From Tolypothrix carrinoi HA7290-LM1 (GTDB taxonomy: Bacteria; Cyanobacteriota; Cyanobacteriia; Cyanobacteriales; Nostocaceae), in NCBI GenBank assembly GCA_019358935.1, contig JAHHIK010000023.1, forward strand, positions 1 to 64,000: DNA of 64,000 nucleotides. The letters are read 5' to 3'. The position numbers were made by a program, and so were the translations under genes. The number at the start of each line of letters is the position of its first letter. Positions within the stretch are counted from its first letter, which is position 1. Positions 19,631 through 29,125 of this stretch are shown in pieces. The notes below the pieces were generated by a model, which was not told the DNA's origin, searched no databases, and worked only from the letters and a program-made list of their open reading frames with translations.

Positions 19631-20593
19631 TTATTTTTTATAAATTAAAAATACTGAACCAATAGGTCCGGCATTTTCTACATATATTTTGTTATTGTAA
19701 TACAACCCTGGAGACATCCCGCCATCAAATAACATTCCTTCTTGAATTTTACCTAAACAATTATTTTTGGCAATTCCCTCAAGAACATCATCAAAATTAT
19801 CTGGAAGCAATTCTTGATTAACTTCAGATAAACTAATATCTGAATTAGCTTTTGAATCATTAACCAGCAGAATTACATAACCTTTATTAGTTGTAGCTAC
19901 TAAAGAACGATTAGTAGCTTCTTTACAAGCAAATTCTCCTAAATCTTGGCAAATATCTTTAAACTGCCCTTGACGATAAAATCTGCCATTACCACCGACT
20001 AAATTGTAATTCAGAATATCATTTTTTCTTCTTCCTGCTTGGATTGTAGCCGTTCGGTTTTTCGGTTCACCTCCTGATATTCCGAAAGAAGACCGTTTAT
20101 TTTTAAAGATTCCGGAATACTCTATTCCACGAGAAATATTTAAACCTTGTGGTTTATTATCAGTTTCTATATAGTCAGCATTAATTGCCGCAATGGGTGT
20201 TTTTCCGTTTAATTTAGCATTTTGGTTTGCGATGATTTCATGAAACTGTGTAGGAATATATTCTTTTAGCAATTTACCTTTATCATCTTTGGCGTAAAGA
20301 TTATGAGCTAAACCGACATTAACTTTAAAATCTAATTCTTCAGATTTAGGATTAAAAATAATTACATGGTTGATACCTTTGGAATCGTTATCACCTTTAT
20401 TATTAGTTTTGAAGAATTCCAGACTTAATTTGGCATCGTCACCAAAGCAAGTTTTTTCAGCTTCAACTGTTGAATTGCCTGGCAAATTTTTACAGCTAGA
20501 TAATAAGGCGATCGCTACCACAAAAATAGATAAGAAAAGTCTTGTTTTCATCGATATATTAAGTAAGCTTTTGAAATAGCGCTCAAATATCAC
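19631..20593 (-). CDS. Lipoprotein, phosphodiester glycosidase-like
   Basis: Lipobox LLSSC; AAINADY, NRSLV, LFDGGMS. Confidence 0.65.
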   Translation of the reverse strand: MIFERYFKSLLNISMKTRLFLSIFVVAIALLSSCKNLPGNSTVEAEKTCFGDDAKLSLEFFKTNNKGDNDSKGINHVIIFNPKSEELDFKVNVGLAHNLYAKDDKGKLLKEYIPTQFHEIIANQNAKLNGKTPIAAINADYIETDNKPQGLNISRGIEYSGIFKNKRSSFGISGGEPKNRTATIQAGRRKNDILNYNLVGGNGRFYRQGQFKDICQDLGEFACKEATNRSLVATTNKGYVILLVNDSKANSDISLSEVNQELLPDNFDDVLEGIAKNNCLGKIQEGMLFDGGMSPGLYYNNKIYVENAGPIGSVFLIYKK

Positions 20594-20684
20594 AATTTTG
20601 TCAAATTAATAGAATGATTTGTTTTTAATTAGTGATATAATCATAAGATTCAGAGGTGATTTATAAAATAAACATAAAATTGAT

Positions 20685-20716
20685 GTAGGGTGCGTTACTA
20701 CGTTAACGCACCCTAC
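20685..20716. repeat. GTAG-type palindromic (REP-like) repeat
   Basis: GTAGGGTGCGTTA...TAACGCACCCTAC; related copies at 29021-29055 and near 7353-7370 and 7783-7806. Confidence 0.8.
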
Positions 20717-20732
20717 GGACTAAACTTCTGTT

Positions 20733-21590
20733 CTACAGCAAGCCCAAATCTTTCAGGCTGCGTCGTGTAATTTCAATCCTCGCTGGTGCGTCTGTTGGTT
20801 TATTCATGTCAATGGTGGTTGCGAAGAAATAGACGTTTTTGTTTTTTTCTAAATAGCCGACAAACCAACCCAATTCTGGTTTAGTGCTGTTTAACCATCC
20901 AGTCTTTCCCCGCAGTGTATAATCTGGTGTCTGTTCTCGCACCATGATATCTTTAACCAAATCCATTGTCCGTTGCGAGAAGGGCAGCTTGTTTTGATAT
21001 AATCTTTGCAAAAACTCAATCTGTGCTTTAGGGGTAATTTGCAATGGTCCCTGCAACCAAAAGCGATCGATATCTTCAGCGGTGCCAATCTGACGGTTGC
21101 CATAACCTACTTTATCGATAAATTGCTGCATCCGCTCATGTCCTAATCGACGTGCGAGAACTTGATAAAACCAGACAGTTGAATCTTTGAAAGCTTGACG
21201 CAAATTCGTATCGTGATTCCAAACATCGATATCTCGGCGAATCCCATCCCAAGTGAGGACAGCGACATCATTCGGCATAATACCAGTTTCTAATGCCACC
21301 ATTGCATTAAAAATTTTAAACGTTGAACCGGGAGTCATTGCAGTCACGTTACGTTGAGGATTGTGTTCATAGGTGCGGTTGTTGTTCAAGTCGTAAATTA
21401 AGATCGATCCTGAGAGTTTAAATTCTCGGAAATGTCGTCCCAAATCTGGTGCTTTTGCAATTACTGGATGTTGAGTGATGGTGGAATTATTTTCAGCCAG
21501 AACACGCACGCTGAAACTTAGCGCGATTAACAAGGTGATACATCCAACAATAAAGATAATAAAGGGCGATCGCCACACACGAAGCAGCAT
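20733..21590 (-). CDS. Class D beta-lactamase (OXA-like)
   Basis: Signal peptide, PGSTFK (SxxK), STV (SxV), YGN, FWLQGPLQITP, KTG, GWFVG. Confidence 0.92.
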   Translation of the reverse strand: MLLRVWRSPFIIFIVGCITLLIALSFSVRVLAENNSTITQHPVIAKAPDLGRHFREFKLSGSILIYDLNNNRTYEHNPQRNVTAMTPGSTFKIFNAMVALETGIMPNDVAVLTWDGIRRDIDVWNHDTNLRQAFKDSTVWFYQVLARRLGHERMQQFIDKVGYGNRQIGTAEDIDRFWLQGPLQITPKAQIEFLQRLYQNKLPFSQRTMDLVKDIMVREQTPDYTLRGKTGWLNSTKPELGWFVGYLEKNKNVYFFATTIDMNKPTDAPARIEITRRSLKDLGLL

Positions 21591-21661
21591 TTTTTCTCCT
21601 CACACATATTAACAAGCAGGAAATAATACACCGTCGTTTTGCTGATTTCCGGATGGCAATG

Positions 21662-21763
21662 ATATCATGTCCCCTTAATTAACATTAATAAAAACACTGC
21701 AACCGTCGTAGAGACGTTCCGACGGAACGTCTTTACAATATGTGTGATTAAAAAACATGATAT
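21662..21763. mobile_element. Degenerate MITE-like element containing a GTAG palindrome
   Basis: Ends ATATCATGT / ACATGATAT; internal GTAGAGACGTTCC-GAC-GGAACGTCTTTAC (21708-21736). Confidence 0.55.
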
Positions 21764-21800
21764 AAAAACCCCCGCTACAGCATAACCATAGCGGGGGAAA
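21764..21800 (-). terminator. Rho-independent terminator of the DUF4912 gene
   Basis: CCCCCGCTA...TAGCGGGGG stem followed by a T-run on the minus strand. Confidence 0.65.
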
Positions 21801-21844
21801 AGTTTATATGTCGATGTCGATTTTAGTTAATCCAAAATCCAAAA

Positions 21845-23101
21845 TTAAGAGAACCACTCAACAACAGCTTCATCTTTGGTGTTAGTATTGCGAGATGGTG
21901 TCTCACGAGTAAACTTCATTTGAATTGACCGTGTTTGTTCACCATCAACAGCGACAGCCTTAATCGGATAGTCAATTAAACCATCCTGGAAGGACATCTG
22001 GAAGCGGAATGTACCATCTGGATTCAGCTTAATCGGACGACCACCAATTGTTACAGTAGCATCGGGTTCGGTTGCACCGTAAACAATCAACTCAGCATCC
22101 GCAATTAACCAGAACTGACGCGGACGCATTGGCACGTCTCCAGAGAAGCCAGCACCGGACATTCCTACACCAGACATGGTTAAACCAGATGCGGTGGGAA
22201 CTGCCCACATACCTACACCAGAGGGGAATATGTAGGAACTGATGGTTTGTTCGTGGACGGAAGTTTGATGCATCGAGCCAAATATAGAACCAGCAACGCG
22301 CATTGCTTCGGTAGATTCAGCCATGCCAAAGATTTGGTCATAGATAGGATTGCTACCGTTTGCGTTACCGTAAGCGTTACCGTATGCGGTTGTTTCGGCA
22401 ACTTTCTTGGATGGGGGAACCAGTTCATACTGGGTTTTGCCAGCCAAATCTTCTTCAAAGTTGACTGTGATGAAAACGTCTTCAATCCAGTCAGAAGGAT
22501 AGACCGGAGGAATATGTACTGGTGCCGATCGCGCCAATATCAACCAGCGACCATCAGCACAACGATAACCGATATCAAGCACATAATCGCGATCGCTCAC
22601 CGGCACCGGTAAATACCATTCCCGCGCTAGTTCATCAGAAGGATATTCTTGAATGCTGTGCGGACTTTGGTATTCAATATTGATGTCGGTAACATCATAA
22701 ATCCGCAGTGCCAATTGTTGTCCACCTTGGCGACGCAGTTCTTCTTTGTGTTCGTTGGAAACATCCCAGTAAGTGTAAGCCCACTGAGGATCTCGCGGCA
22801 TCAGCACAATCCGGCTTTCTCCGTAACCAGCTGGCAAATCGGCGAGTCCTTCGTCAACATCTGCCAATGAGCCACCATTACGATCTATTTGACCTAATTC
22901 AAATTTTGCTGCTTCCACGGTTTCCTGTGCCTCCGGTGAACGAGATGGGGTAAGCGAAACTTTACTGCGCTGAACTTCTTGAATCGATGCCAGCAATTGC
23001 GATTTACGCATCCGGCTATAGCGAGAGATACTGTATTCGCTAGCAACTCTACGTAGTTGCCTTAGTGTCATCTCTTCTAGCGGTGGGCGTTCTTTTGCCA
23101 T
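21845..23101 (-). CDS. DUF4912-domain protein with Rho-N-like N-terminus
   Basis: MTLRQLRRVASEYSISRYSRMRKSQL; LPAGYGESRIVLMPRDPQWAYTYWD; ADAELIVYGATEP. Confidence 0.9.
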   Translation of the reverse strand: MAKERPPLEEMTLRQLRRVASEYSISRYSRMRKSQLLASIQEVQRSKVSLTPSRSPEAQETVEAAKFELGQIDRNGGSLADVDEGLADLPAGYGESRIVLMPRDPQWAYTYWDVSNEHKEELRRQGGQQLALRIYDVTDINIEYQSPHSIQEYPSDELAREWYLPVPVSDRDYVLDIGYRCADGRWLILARSAPVHIPPVYPSDWIEDVFITVNFEEDLAGKTQYELVPPSKKVAETTAYGNAYGNANGSNPIYDQIFGMAESTEAMRVAGSIFGSMHQTSVHEQTISSYIFPSGVGMWAVPTASGLTMSGVGMSGAGFSGDVPMRPRQFWLIADAELIVYGATEPDATVTIGGRPIKLNPDGTFRFQMSFQDGLIDYPIKAVAVDGEQTRSIQMKFTRETPSRNTNTKDEAVVEWFS

Positions 23102-23790
23102 GATTTTGACCTCCAGTAGTTTAAAAGGTAAATGATTTCCCCTGGCTAAAGAGTGGTGTAATAAATGCCATCCAATCCAGATGAACTTCTTATTCCTGAA
23201 GGAGTGGCTTTTGCCCAGTTTTGAGATTTTTTTAGTCGGTTTTTAAATTAAGGTCTACTTCCGAGAAATTCCCTACAAATGCGATCGGCATTTATTTGGG
23301 ATCGGAAAAGTCCCTTTGTTAAGAATATTAACTAACAAACCCGCATAGGGATCAAGGGGTCTCAAGACCCGTTTTTGTCGTTTTCACGAATTTATCAGCC
23401 ATTTGGGGATCGTCAAGTTATGCTTTCATGACATTAGGGCGAAAAAGCCCATTTTTCAACCCCAAAATCGAGAGCTAATGTCAGGGAATAATGACATTAG
23501 CTCCAAACCTAGTCTTTAAACTACATCGGCATATAACTATTTATAGATAGTTACTTGCATAAATTTCTTTATCCGCGTCCATCGGCGTTTATCTGCGGTT
23601 CAAAATCAAATTAGTTGACAGCATGAGAATCGATTAAAAAAGGTGCGATCGCCAACCCGATAAAACCTGTATTACCCAACACAGCGGCAATCAAAAAACT
23701 GGCTTGACTGCAAGAGTTTAGGCGATCGCGATCGCCATGAAAGAGATTCATCTTAATTTGGCTGTGAGTTAACATAGTAGAAATCATCGC

Positions 23791-24621
23791 TTAACCGAAG
23801 CGTCCACTAATATATTCTGATGCTTCTTGAGTTTTGGGAGACTCGAAGATTTGCCTTGTCGGACTAAACTCAACTAATCTTCCGTAGCGTTTGCCGTGTT
23901 TATCGGTTTCTGTATTAAAAAACGCCGTCCAATCTGCTACCCTCGAAGCTTGTTGCATATTGTGAGTCACCATGATGATGGTGTATTGTTGCTTCAGTTC
24001 TAAGCAGAGTTCTTCAACTTGACGGCTAGAAATTGGGTCGAGAGCAGAACAAGGTTCATCCATCAATAATACATCTGGTTTCATGGCGATCGCTCGCGCA
24101 ATGCACAGTCGTTGCTGTTGTCCACCAGATAAAGCTGTACCTTTTGATTTTAGTTTGTCTTTAACTTCATCCCATATTGCAGCGCGTCTGAGGGAATCTT
24201 CGACTAATTCATCCATATTACCTTTATAGCCGTTAGAGCGCGGTCCAAAGGCAATGTTTTCGTATATTGATTTGGGAAAAGGATTTGGTCTTTGGAAAAC
24301 CATTCCTACTTGTCGTCGCAATTTAACTGAATTAATTTTCGGATCGTAAATATTGCGATCGCGATAATTTAGTCTACCTTCAACTTTTGCTCCTGGGATT
24401 AAATCATTCATCCGATTAAAGCAACGTAAAAGCGTACTTTTACCACAACCAGAAGGTCCAATAAAAGCAATGATTTGCTTGTCAGGAATATCCATGTAGA
24501 CATCTTGAAGTGCCAAGAAGCCGTTATAAGATACTTTCACACCCTCAGCATTAAAAACGGGTTCATCTTGTTGGCTGAAAGTAGTATTGCTCTGGCTACT
24601 TTTATTGTTGCTATAAGTCAT
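23791..24621 (-). CDS. pstB: Phosphate ABC transporter ATP-binding protein
   Basis: [55 protein letters not shown]. Confidence 0.95.
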   Translation of the reverse strand: MTYSNNKSSQSNTTFSQQDEPVFNAEGVKVSYNGFLALQDVYMDIPDKQIIAFIGPSGCGKSTLLRCFNRMNDLIPGAKVEGRLNYRDRNIYDPKINSVKLRRQVGMVFQRPNPFPKSIYENIAFGPRSNGYKGNMDELVEDSLRRAAIWDEVKDKLKSKGTALSGGQQQRLCIARAIAMKPDVLLMDEPCSALDPISSRQVEELCLELKQQYTIIMVTHNMQQASRVADWTAFFNTETDKHGKRYGRLVEFSPTRQIFESPKTQEASEYISGRFG

Positions 24622-24738
24622 TATTTCTATCTCCTAATGTCTGAAACTGCCAAATTTGCTTTTGAAACCTCTATCGTTATCAAACAAAGGTACTGTAAGT
24701 GCAAACTTTGTGTTTATATCCTCTGGAAAAATGCTTGA

Positions 24739-25638
24739 TTAATCTATAGAAAAGCGTTGTCTCACATAAATTGCTATTCCATTCAGAGCCAAAATCAAGA
24801 GAATCAAAGTAATAATTGTTGCGGCAGCAGCGTTAGCAAAACCCGGTTCGGGACGAGTAATATAACTGAAAATTTGAATGGGTAGTGCCATAAATCTTTG
24901 GAATAAACCAGGATTAAATGTCAGAAAACTAACAGCACCAACCACAATCAAAGAAGCTGCATCACCAATAGCACGAGATACAGAAATAATTACTCCTGTG
25001 AGAATACCAGGAACGGCATAAGGTAAAACATGACTGGCAATTGTTTGCCACTTGGTTACACCCAACCCGTAAGAAGCATTTCTTAAAGAATCTGGAACTG
25101 AGCGAATTGCTTCTCTTGCCGTCACAATAATCACTGGTAAAGATAGCAAAGATAAAGTCAACGCACCAGAAATTAAAGTTGGACCAAACCCTAGTAAGTA
25201 ATTGAAAACTCCTAAACCTAGCAACCCATAGACAATAGAAGGCACTCCCGCCAAATTGCTTATATTAATCTCGATAATCGTTGTCCACCAAGTTTTTGGT
25301 GCGTATTCTTCCAGATATAAAGCGGCTCCTACACCAATTGGTACAGCAGTCAAAATCACAATAATTCCTAAAAGTATACTACCAATTATTGCCGGACGAA
25401 TACCTCCTTGGTCTGGAAAACGCGAAGGAGTTTCTGTCAAAAAACCTGGACTGAAAAACCTGACTAAACCATCTTTAGAGATATCAAAAATTAGCAAAGC
25501 TAGAACGAATAAGCCAACTAACAACCCCAAAAGAAAAATTATTTCAAAGACTTTACCTAAGCTTTCTCTACTTTCGACATTATCAGTAAATTCTCTCTCT
25601 CGATCTAGAGGATTGTTTGGTCTGTATGTGGTAGACAT
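24739..25638 (-). CDS. pstA: Phosphate ABC transporter permease
   Basis: AALYLEEYA, NLAGVPSIVYGLLGL, SRAIGDAA. Confidence 0.93.
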   Translation of the reverse strand: MSTTYRPNNPLDREREFTDNVESRESLGKVFEIIFLLGLLVGLFVLALLIFDISKDGLVRFFSPGFLTETPSRFPDQGGIRPAIIGSILLGIIVILTAVPIGVGAALYLEEYAPKTWWTTIIEINISNLAGVPSIVYGLLGLGVFNYLLGFGPTLISGALTLSLLSLPVIIVTAREAIRSVPDSLRNASYGLGVTKWQTIASHVLPYAVPGILTGVIISVSRAIGDAASLIVVGAVSFLTFNPGLFQRFMALPIQIFSYITRPEPGFANAAAATIITLILLILALNGIAIYVRQRFSID

Positions 25639-25643
25639 GTTTA

Positions 25644-26579
25644 TTAATCGTACTTTTCTTTAAAGCGATTAGAAATCCAGTAACTAATAATATTTAAACT
25701 CAGGGTGAGTACAAACAAAACAGCACCTACAGCGTATAAAGTCTTAAAATTAACACTGCCACGCGGACTGTCTCCACCAGAAATTTGCGCCATATATGCT
25801 GTCATGGTTTCTACTGATTCCAGTAAGTTAACTGTTATTCTAGGCTGTTGTCCGGCAGCTATAACAACAGTCATCGTTTCACCCACAGCACGGGAAATTC
25901 CTAAAATAATTGAAGCGCTAATTCCAGAAAGTGCTGCTGGTAAAACTACCTTAAAAATGGATTCGAGTTTAGTGATACCTAAAGCGTAAGCACCTTCGCG
26001 TAAAGAACGCGGTACTGCTTTGATAGCATCTAAGCTGATAGAACCAACTGTGGGAGTAATCATTACTCCCATCATTAACCCCGCACTTAAAGCATTGAAA
26101 ATTTCCAAGGGCAGAAAATTCCGGAGCAGTGGGGTGACAAATAACAGTGCAAAGTAGCCGTAAACAACTGTAGGTATCCCTGCTAAAAGTTCAAATGCTG
26201 GACGGAGAATTGCTGCTACTTTTGGTGGTGCATACTCACTTAAATAGATAGCAGAACATAAACCTAAAGGAATCGCAACTGACATGGCGATCGCTGTAGT
26301 TAAAAATGTGCCATTAATCAGCGGCCAAACGCCAAAATGTCTTTCTGCGAATAGAGGAGTCCACTTAGTATCCAAAAAGAAATCAGCAAAATAAACTTCT
26401 TGAAAAAACTCAAATGCCACCTGGAAAATAATGAAGACAATACCAAATGTGGTCAGGACGGAAATTAAAGCACAGCAAAATAAAATTGCAGCAACAATTT
26501 TTTCTTGGATATCTTCCGATGCTTTCTTTTCTAGTGATTCTCTAGATTGGTGAAAATTATCTTGATTTGTAGCTTGCAT
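25644..26579 (-). CDS. pstC: Phosphate ABC transporter permease
   Basis: AIYLSEYA, ELLAGIPTVVYG, SRAVGETMTV. Confidence 0.93.
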   Translation of the reverse strand: MQATNQDNFHQSRESLEKKASEDIQEKIVAAILFCCALISVLTTFGIVFIIFQVAFEFFQEVYFADFFLDTKWTPLFAERHFGVWPLINGTFLTTAIAMSVAIPLGLCSAIYLSEYAPPKVAAILRPAFELLAGIPTVVYGYFALLFVTPLLRNFLPLEIFNALSAGLMMGVMITPTVGSISLDAIKAVPRSLREGAYALGITKLESIFKVVLPAALSGISASIILGISRAVGETMTVVIAAGQQPRITVNLLESVETMTAYMAQISGGDSPRGSVNFKTLYAVGAVLFVLTLSLNIISYWISNRFKEKYD

Positions 26580-26597
26580 AATTCCCGATACTAAAAA

Positions 26598-27596
26598 TTA
26601 AATAAAATTCGTGATTGGTTGACCTGGTTTTGCTTTTTTGAATTTTGTACCAGTTTCACCTGTAGCCAACTTTTGTTTTACCTTCATGTAAGCTTCATCA
26701 GGTAGCGCTACATAACCAACACTATCTACCCATTTCCAAGAATTTTCTAAATAGAAATCGACAAACTGTTTTACTGATGGTTTTTTATCCAAAGATTTTT
26801 TACTAACGTAGATGAAAAGAGGACGAGATAAAGGTGTATAAATATTCTTCACTACATTATCAATTGGAACAGGTTTTTCACACTTGCCTGTCGGACTTTC
26901 AACACCAACTAGATTCAGCTTATCTTGATTTTGGATGTAATAAGAAATCCCTACATAACCAAGAGCATATTTTTCACCGGCAACTCCTTGGACAAGGTTA
27001 TTTTGATTGTGACTAGGATTATAATCTGTGCGACTATTTTTGGCTTTACCTGTAACAGCTTGGGTAAAATAATCAAATGTTCCCGTATCCGAAGCTGGAG
27101 CGTAAAGCTTGATTTTTTCTTTGGGAAACTTCGGATTAATTTGATTCCAAGTTAATACTTTACCATCTGATTTAGAACTCCACATTTTTTTGAGTTCTGC
27201 AATCGTCAAACATTTGGCAAAATCATTTTGACGATTAACAATTACGGCGATTCCATCCAACGCAATAGGTAATTCTACAAATTCAATCTTCTTATTTTTA
27301 CATTTGGCTACTTCTTCATCTTTAATAGTACGAGAAGCCGCAACAATATCAATTTCTCCAGCGCAAAACTTGCTAACACCCCCACCAGTTCCACTGGAAG
27401 CAACACTCACTACAGCGTTATCGTTTTGTTTGTGGTATTCTTCTGCAACTGCAAGAGAGATAGGAAAACCTACCGCAGCACCATCAATACTTACCTGTTG
27501 TTGGCTTCCTTGATTGCTGCAAGCTGTCAGGCTGTATGATGTCAATATCAAAGATATAAAGGCGAGGCTTTTTTTCAAGCTACTGCTAAAACTCAT
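26598..27596 (-). CDS. pstS: PstS-family substrate-binding lipoprotein with non-canonical ligand motifs
   Basis: Lipobox LTAC; SGTGGG..KFCAGE.DI..ASR, GTFDYF, PLSRPLFIYV; has DGAAVG where DGSSTV is canonical. Confidence 0.85.
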   Translation of the reverse strand: MSFSSSLKKSLAFISLILTSYSLTACSNQGSQQQVSIDGAAVGFPISLAVAEEYHKQNDNAVVSVASSGTGGGVSKFCAGEIDIVAASRTIKDEEVAKCKNKKIEFVELPIALDGIAVIVNRQNDFAKCLTIAELKKMWSSKSDGKVLTWNQINPKFPKEKIKLYAPASDTGTFDYFTQAVTGKAKNSRTDYNPSHNQNNLVQGVAGEKYALGYVGISYYIQNQDKLNLVGVESPTGKCEKPVPIDNVVKNIYTPLSRPLFIYVSKKSLDKKPSVKQFVDFYLENSWKWVDSVGYVALPDEAYMKVKQKLATGETGTKFKKAKPGQPITNFI

Positions 27597-27645
27597 CGGC
27601 TTTTATCAATCCCACATTTAATATATAAAATGGTTGGTATAATAT

Positions 27646-28803
27646 CTAGGCTTTATTTTTAGCCTTAACTTGATCAAAAATTGCGCCATCCCCAAAGAAT
27701 TTTTTCTGAATAATATCCCATCCGCCTAAATCTTGAGCGGTAAATAAAGTTTCGATTTTGGGATACTGTGATGCGACTTCTTGGCTAACGCTAGGATTGA
27801 CAGGACGATATCTTAAGAGCGCAAATTCGCGTTGGGCTTCTGTTGAATAAAGATAATCTACAAATGCTTGTGCAACTTCTCTTGTATTATGTTTATCGAC
27901 ATTTTTATCAACTACCACTACTGGGTTGTCGATGGAAATATTTATTGGTGGTACAACATAAGGTAATTTCGGTCCATTTGTTTCCGCTAAAATTACCTCA
28001 TTTTCGTAGTTAACTAAGACATCCCCTTCATTTCTTTGGAAAAATAAATCGCTAGCTTCACGCGCATCTTTTGTCAAAAACGGAGCATTTTTATAAACTT
28101 TGGTAATGTAATCTAATGCTGTTGCTTCGTCACCTCCGGCTTGAGTCACCGAACCCCAAAAAGCTAAAAATTGCCAAATCGCAATCCCAGAAGTTTTCGG
28201 ATCGGCAGCAATTACTTTCACCCCATCTTTTGCTAAGTCTGCCCAAGTATTAATACCTTTGGGATTGCCCTCGCGGGTAACGATTGCCGCTACAGACCTA
28301 CTAACAATACCATTTCTTGGCGCTCTGTTTTCCCAATTTGATTTAATCAGTCCTGCTTGTTGGATTTTATTCACATCTAAGGGAAGTGCTAGGTGTACTA
28401 TATCTGCTTCTTGCAAACCCCCGATAACAGCAGCAGCCTGAGCGCCAGAACCACCATAATTAGTATCAAAAGTGACGTTTTGGTTATGTTCTTTCTTCCA
28501 TTTCTGAATAAATTTTGGGATTATTTGGTCGTGAGCAGCTTTTGTAACAGAAAAGGAAACCAGCCGCAGTTTAATATCATTGGAAGCTGAAGCATTTCCA
28601 CAGGCAGTTATTGCCATGCTCAAAATCACACCTACGGCAAATAGACATAGAAAATGCACATGCTTTTTTGACCAGCTTCTGGTAATTCGTTCAGATAATA
28701 TCAACTGCAAACTTTTCATTACATAAGTCTGCATTTGCGCGATCGCTCCACCTACTGATTGTCTCAATTGCCATCTGCTCATAATACACCTTATATACGG
28801 CAT
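27646..28803 (-). CDS. sbpA: Sulfate ABC transporter substrate-binding lipoprotein (Sbp/CysP family); start uncertain
   Basis: Lipobox ITAC; LVSFSVTKAAH, YGGSGAQA, GNPKGINTWADL, DPKTSG, GDVLVNYENE. Confidence 0.9.
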   Translation of the reverse strand: MPYIRCIMSRWQLRQSVGGAIAQMQTYVMKSLQLILSERITRSWSKKHVHFLCLFAVGVILSMAITACGNASASNDIKLRLVSFSVTKAAHDQIIPKFIQKWKKEHNQNVTFDTNYGGSGAQAAAVIGGLQEADIVHLALPLDVNKIQQAGLIKSNWENRAPRNGIVSRSVAAIVTREGNPKGINTWADLAKDGVKVIAADPKTSGIAIWQFLAFWGSVTQAGGDEATALDYITKVYKNAPFLTKDAREASDLFFQRNEGDVLVNYENEVILAETNGPKLPYVVPPINISIDNPVVVVDKNVDKHNTREVAQAFVDYLYSTEAQREFALLRYRPVNPSVSQEVASQYPKIETLFTAQDLGGWDIIQKKFFGDGAIFDQVKAKNKA

Positions 28804-28931
28804 CTTGAGCGAATTACCGTAGATTTTAAGTATAATAGAGTCTAAACACTAATAAAGCAAGAGTCTCATCTATACTTAACTTTATATTTAACTTTTCTTA
28901 ATATATTTTAACATTCTCTTCCCGAACAACA

Positions 28932-28982
28932 AGAACCCCGGTAACTCCTGCGAAACCGGGGTTCTGGAGAAACCGGGGTTCT
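28932..28982. repeat. Palindromic/tandem dispersed repeat (GAAACCGGGGTTCT)
   Basis: AGAACCCCGG...CCGGGGTTCT plus a second direct copy; terminator-like position downstream of ftn2. Confidence 0.7.
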
Positions 28983-29125
28983 GAGCTTTGCGATTTTCAC
29001 TTTGCAAATAGTTTAGATACGTAGGGTGCGTAGCTGCGAGAGTACGGCACCCTACAAATAGCTAATTTTGTTCAAAAATAAAACCGGATTTTTATATATG
29101 GTTGAGTTTAATCCTAATGCTCTTT

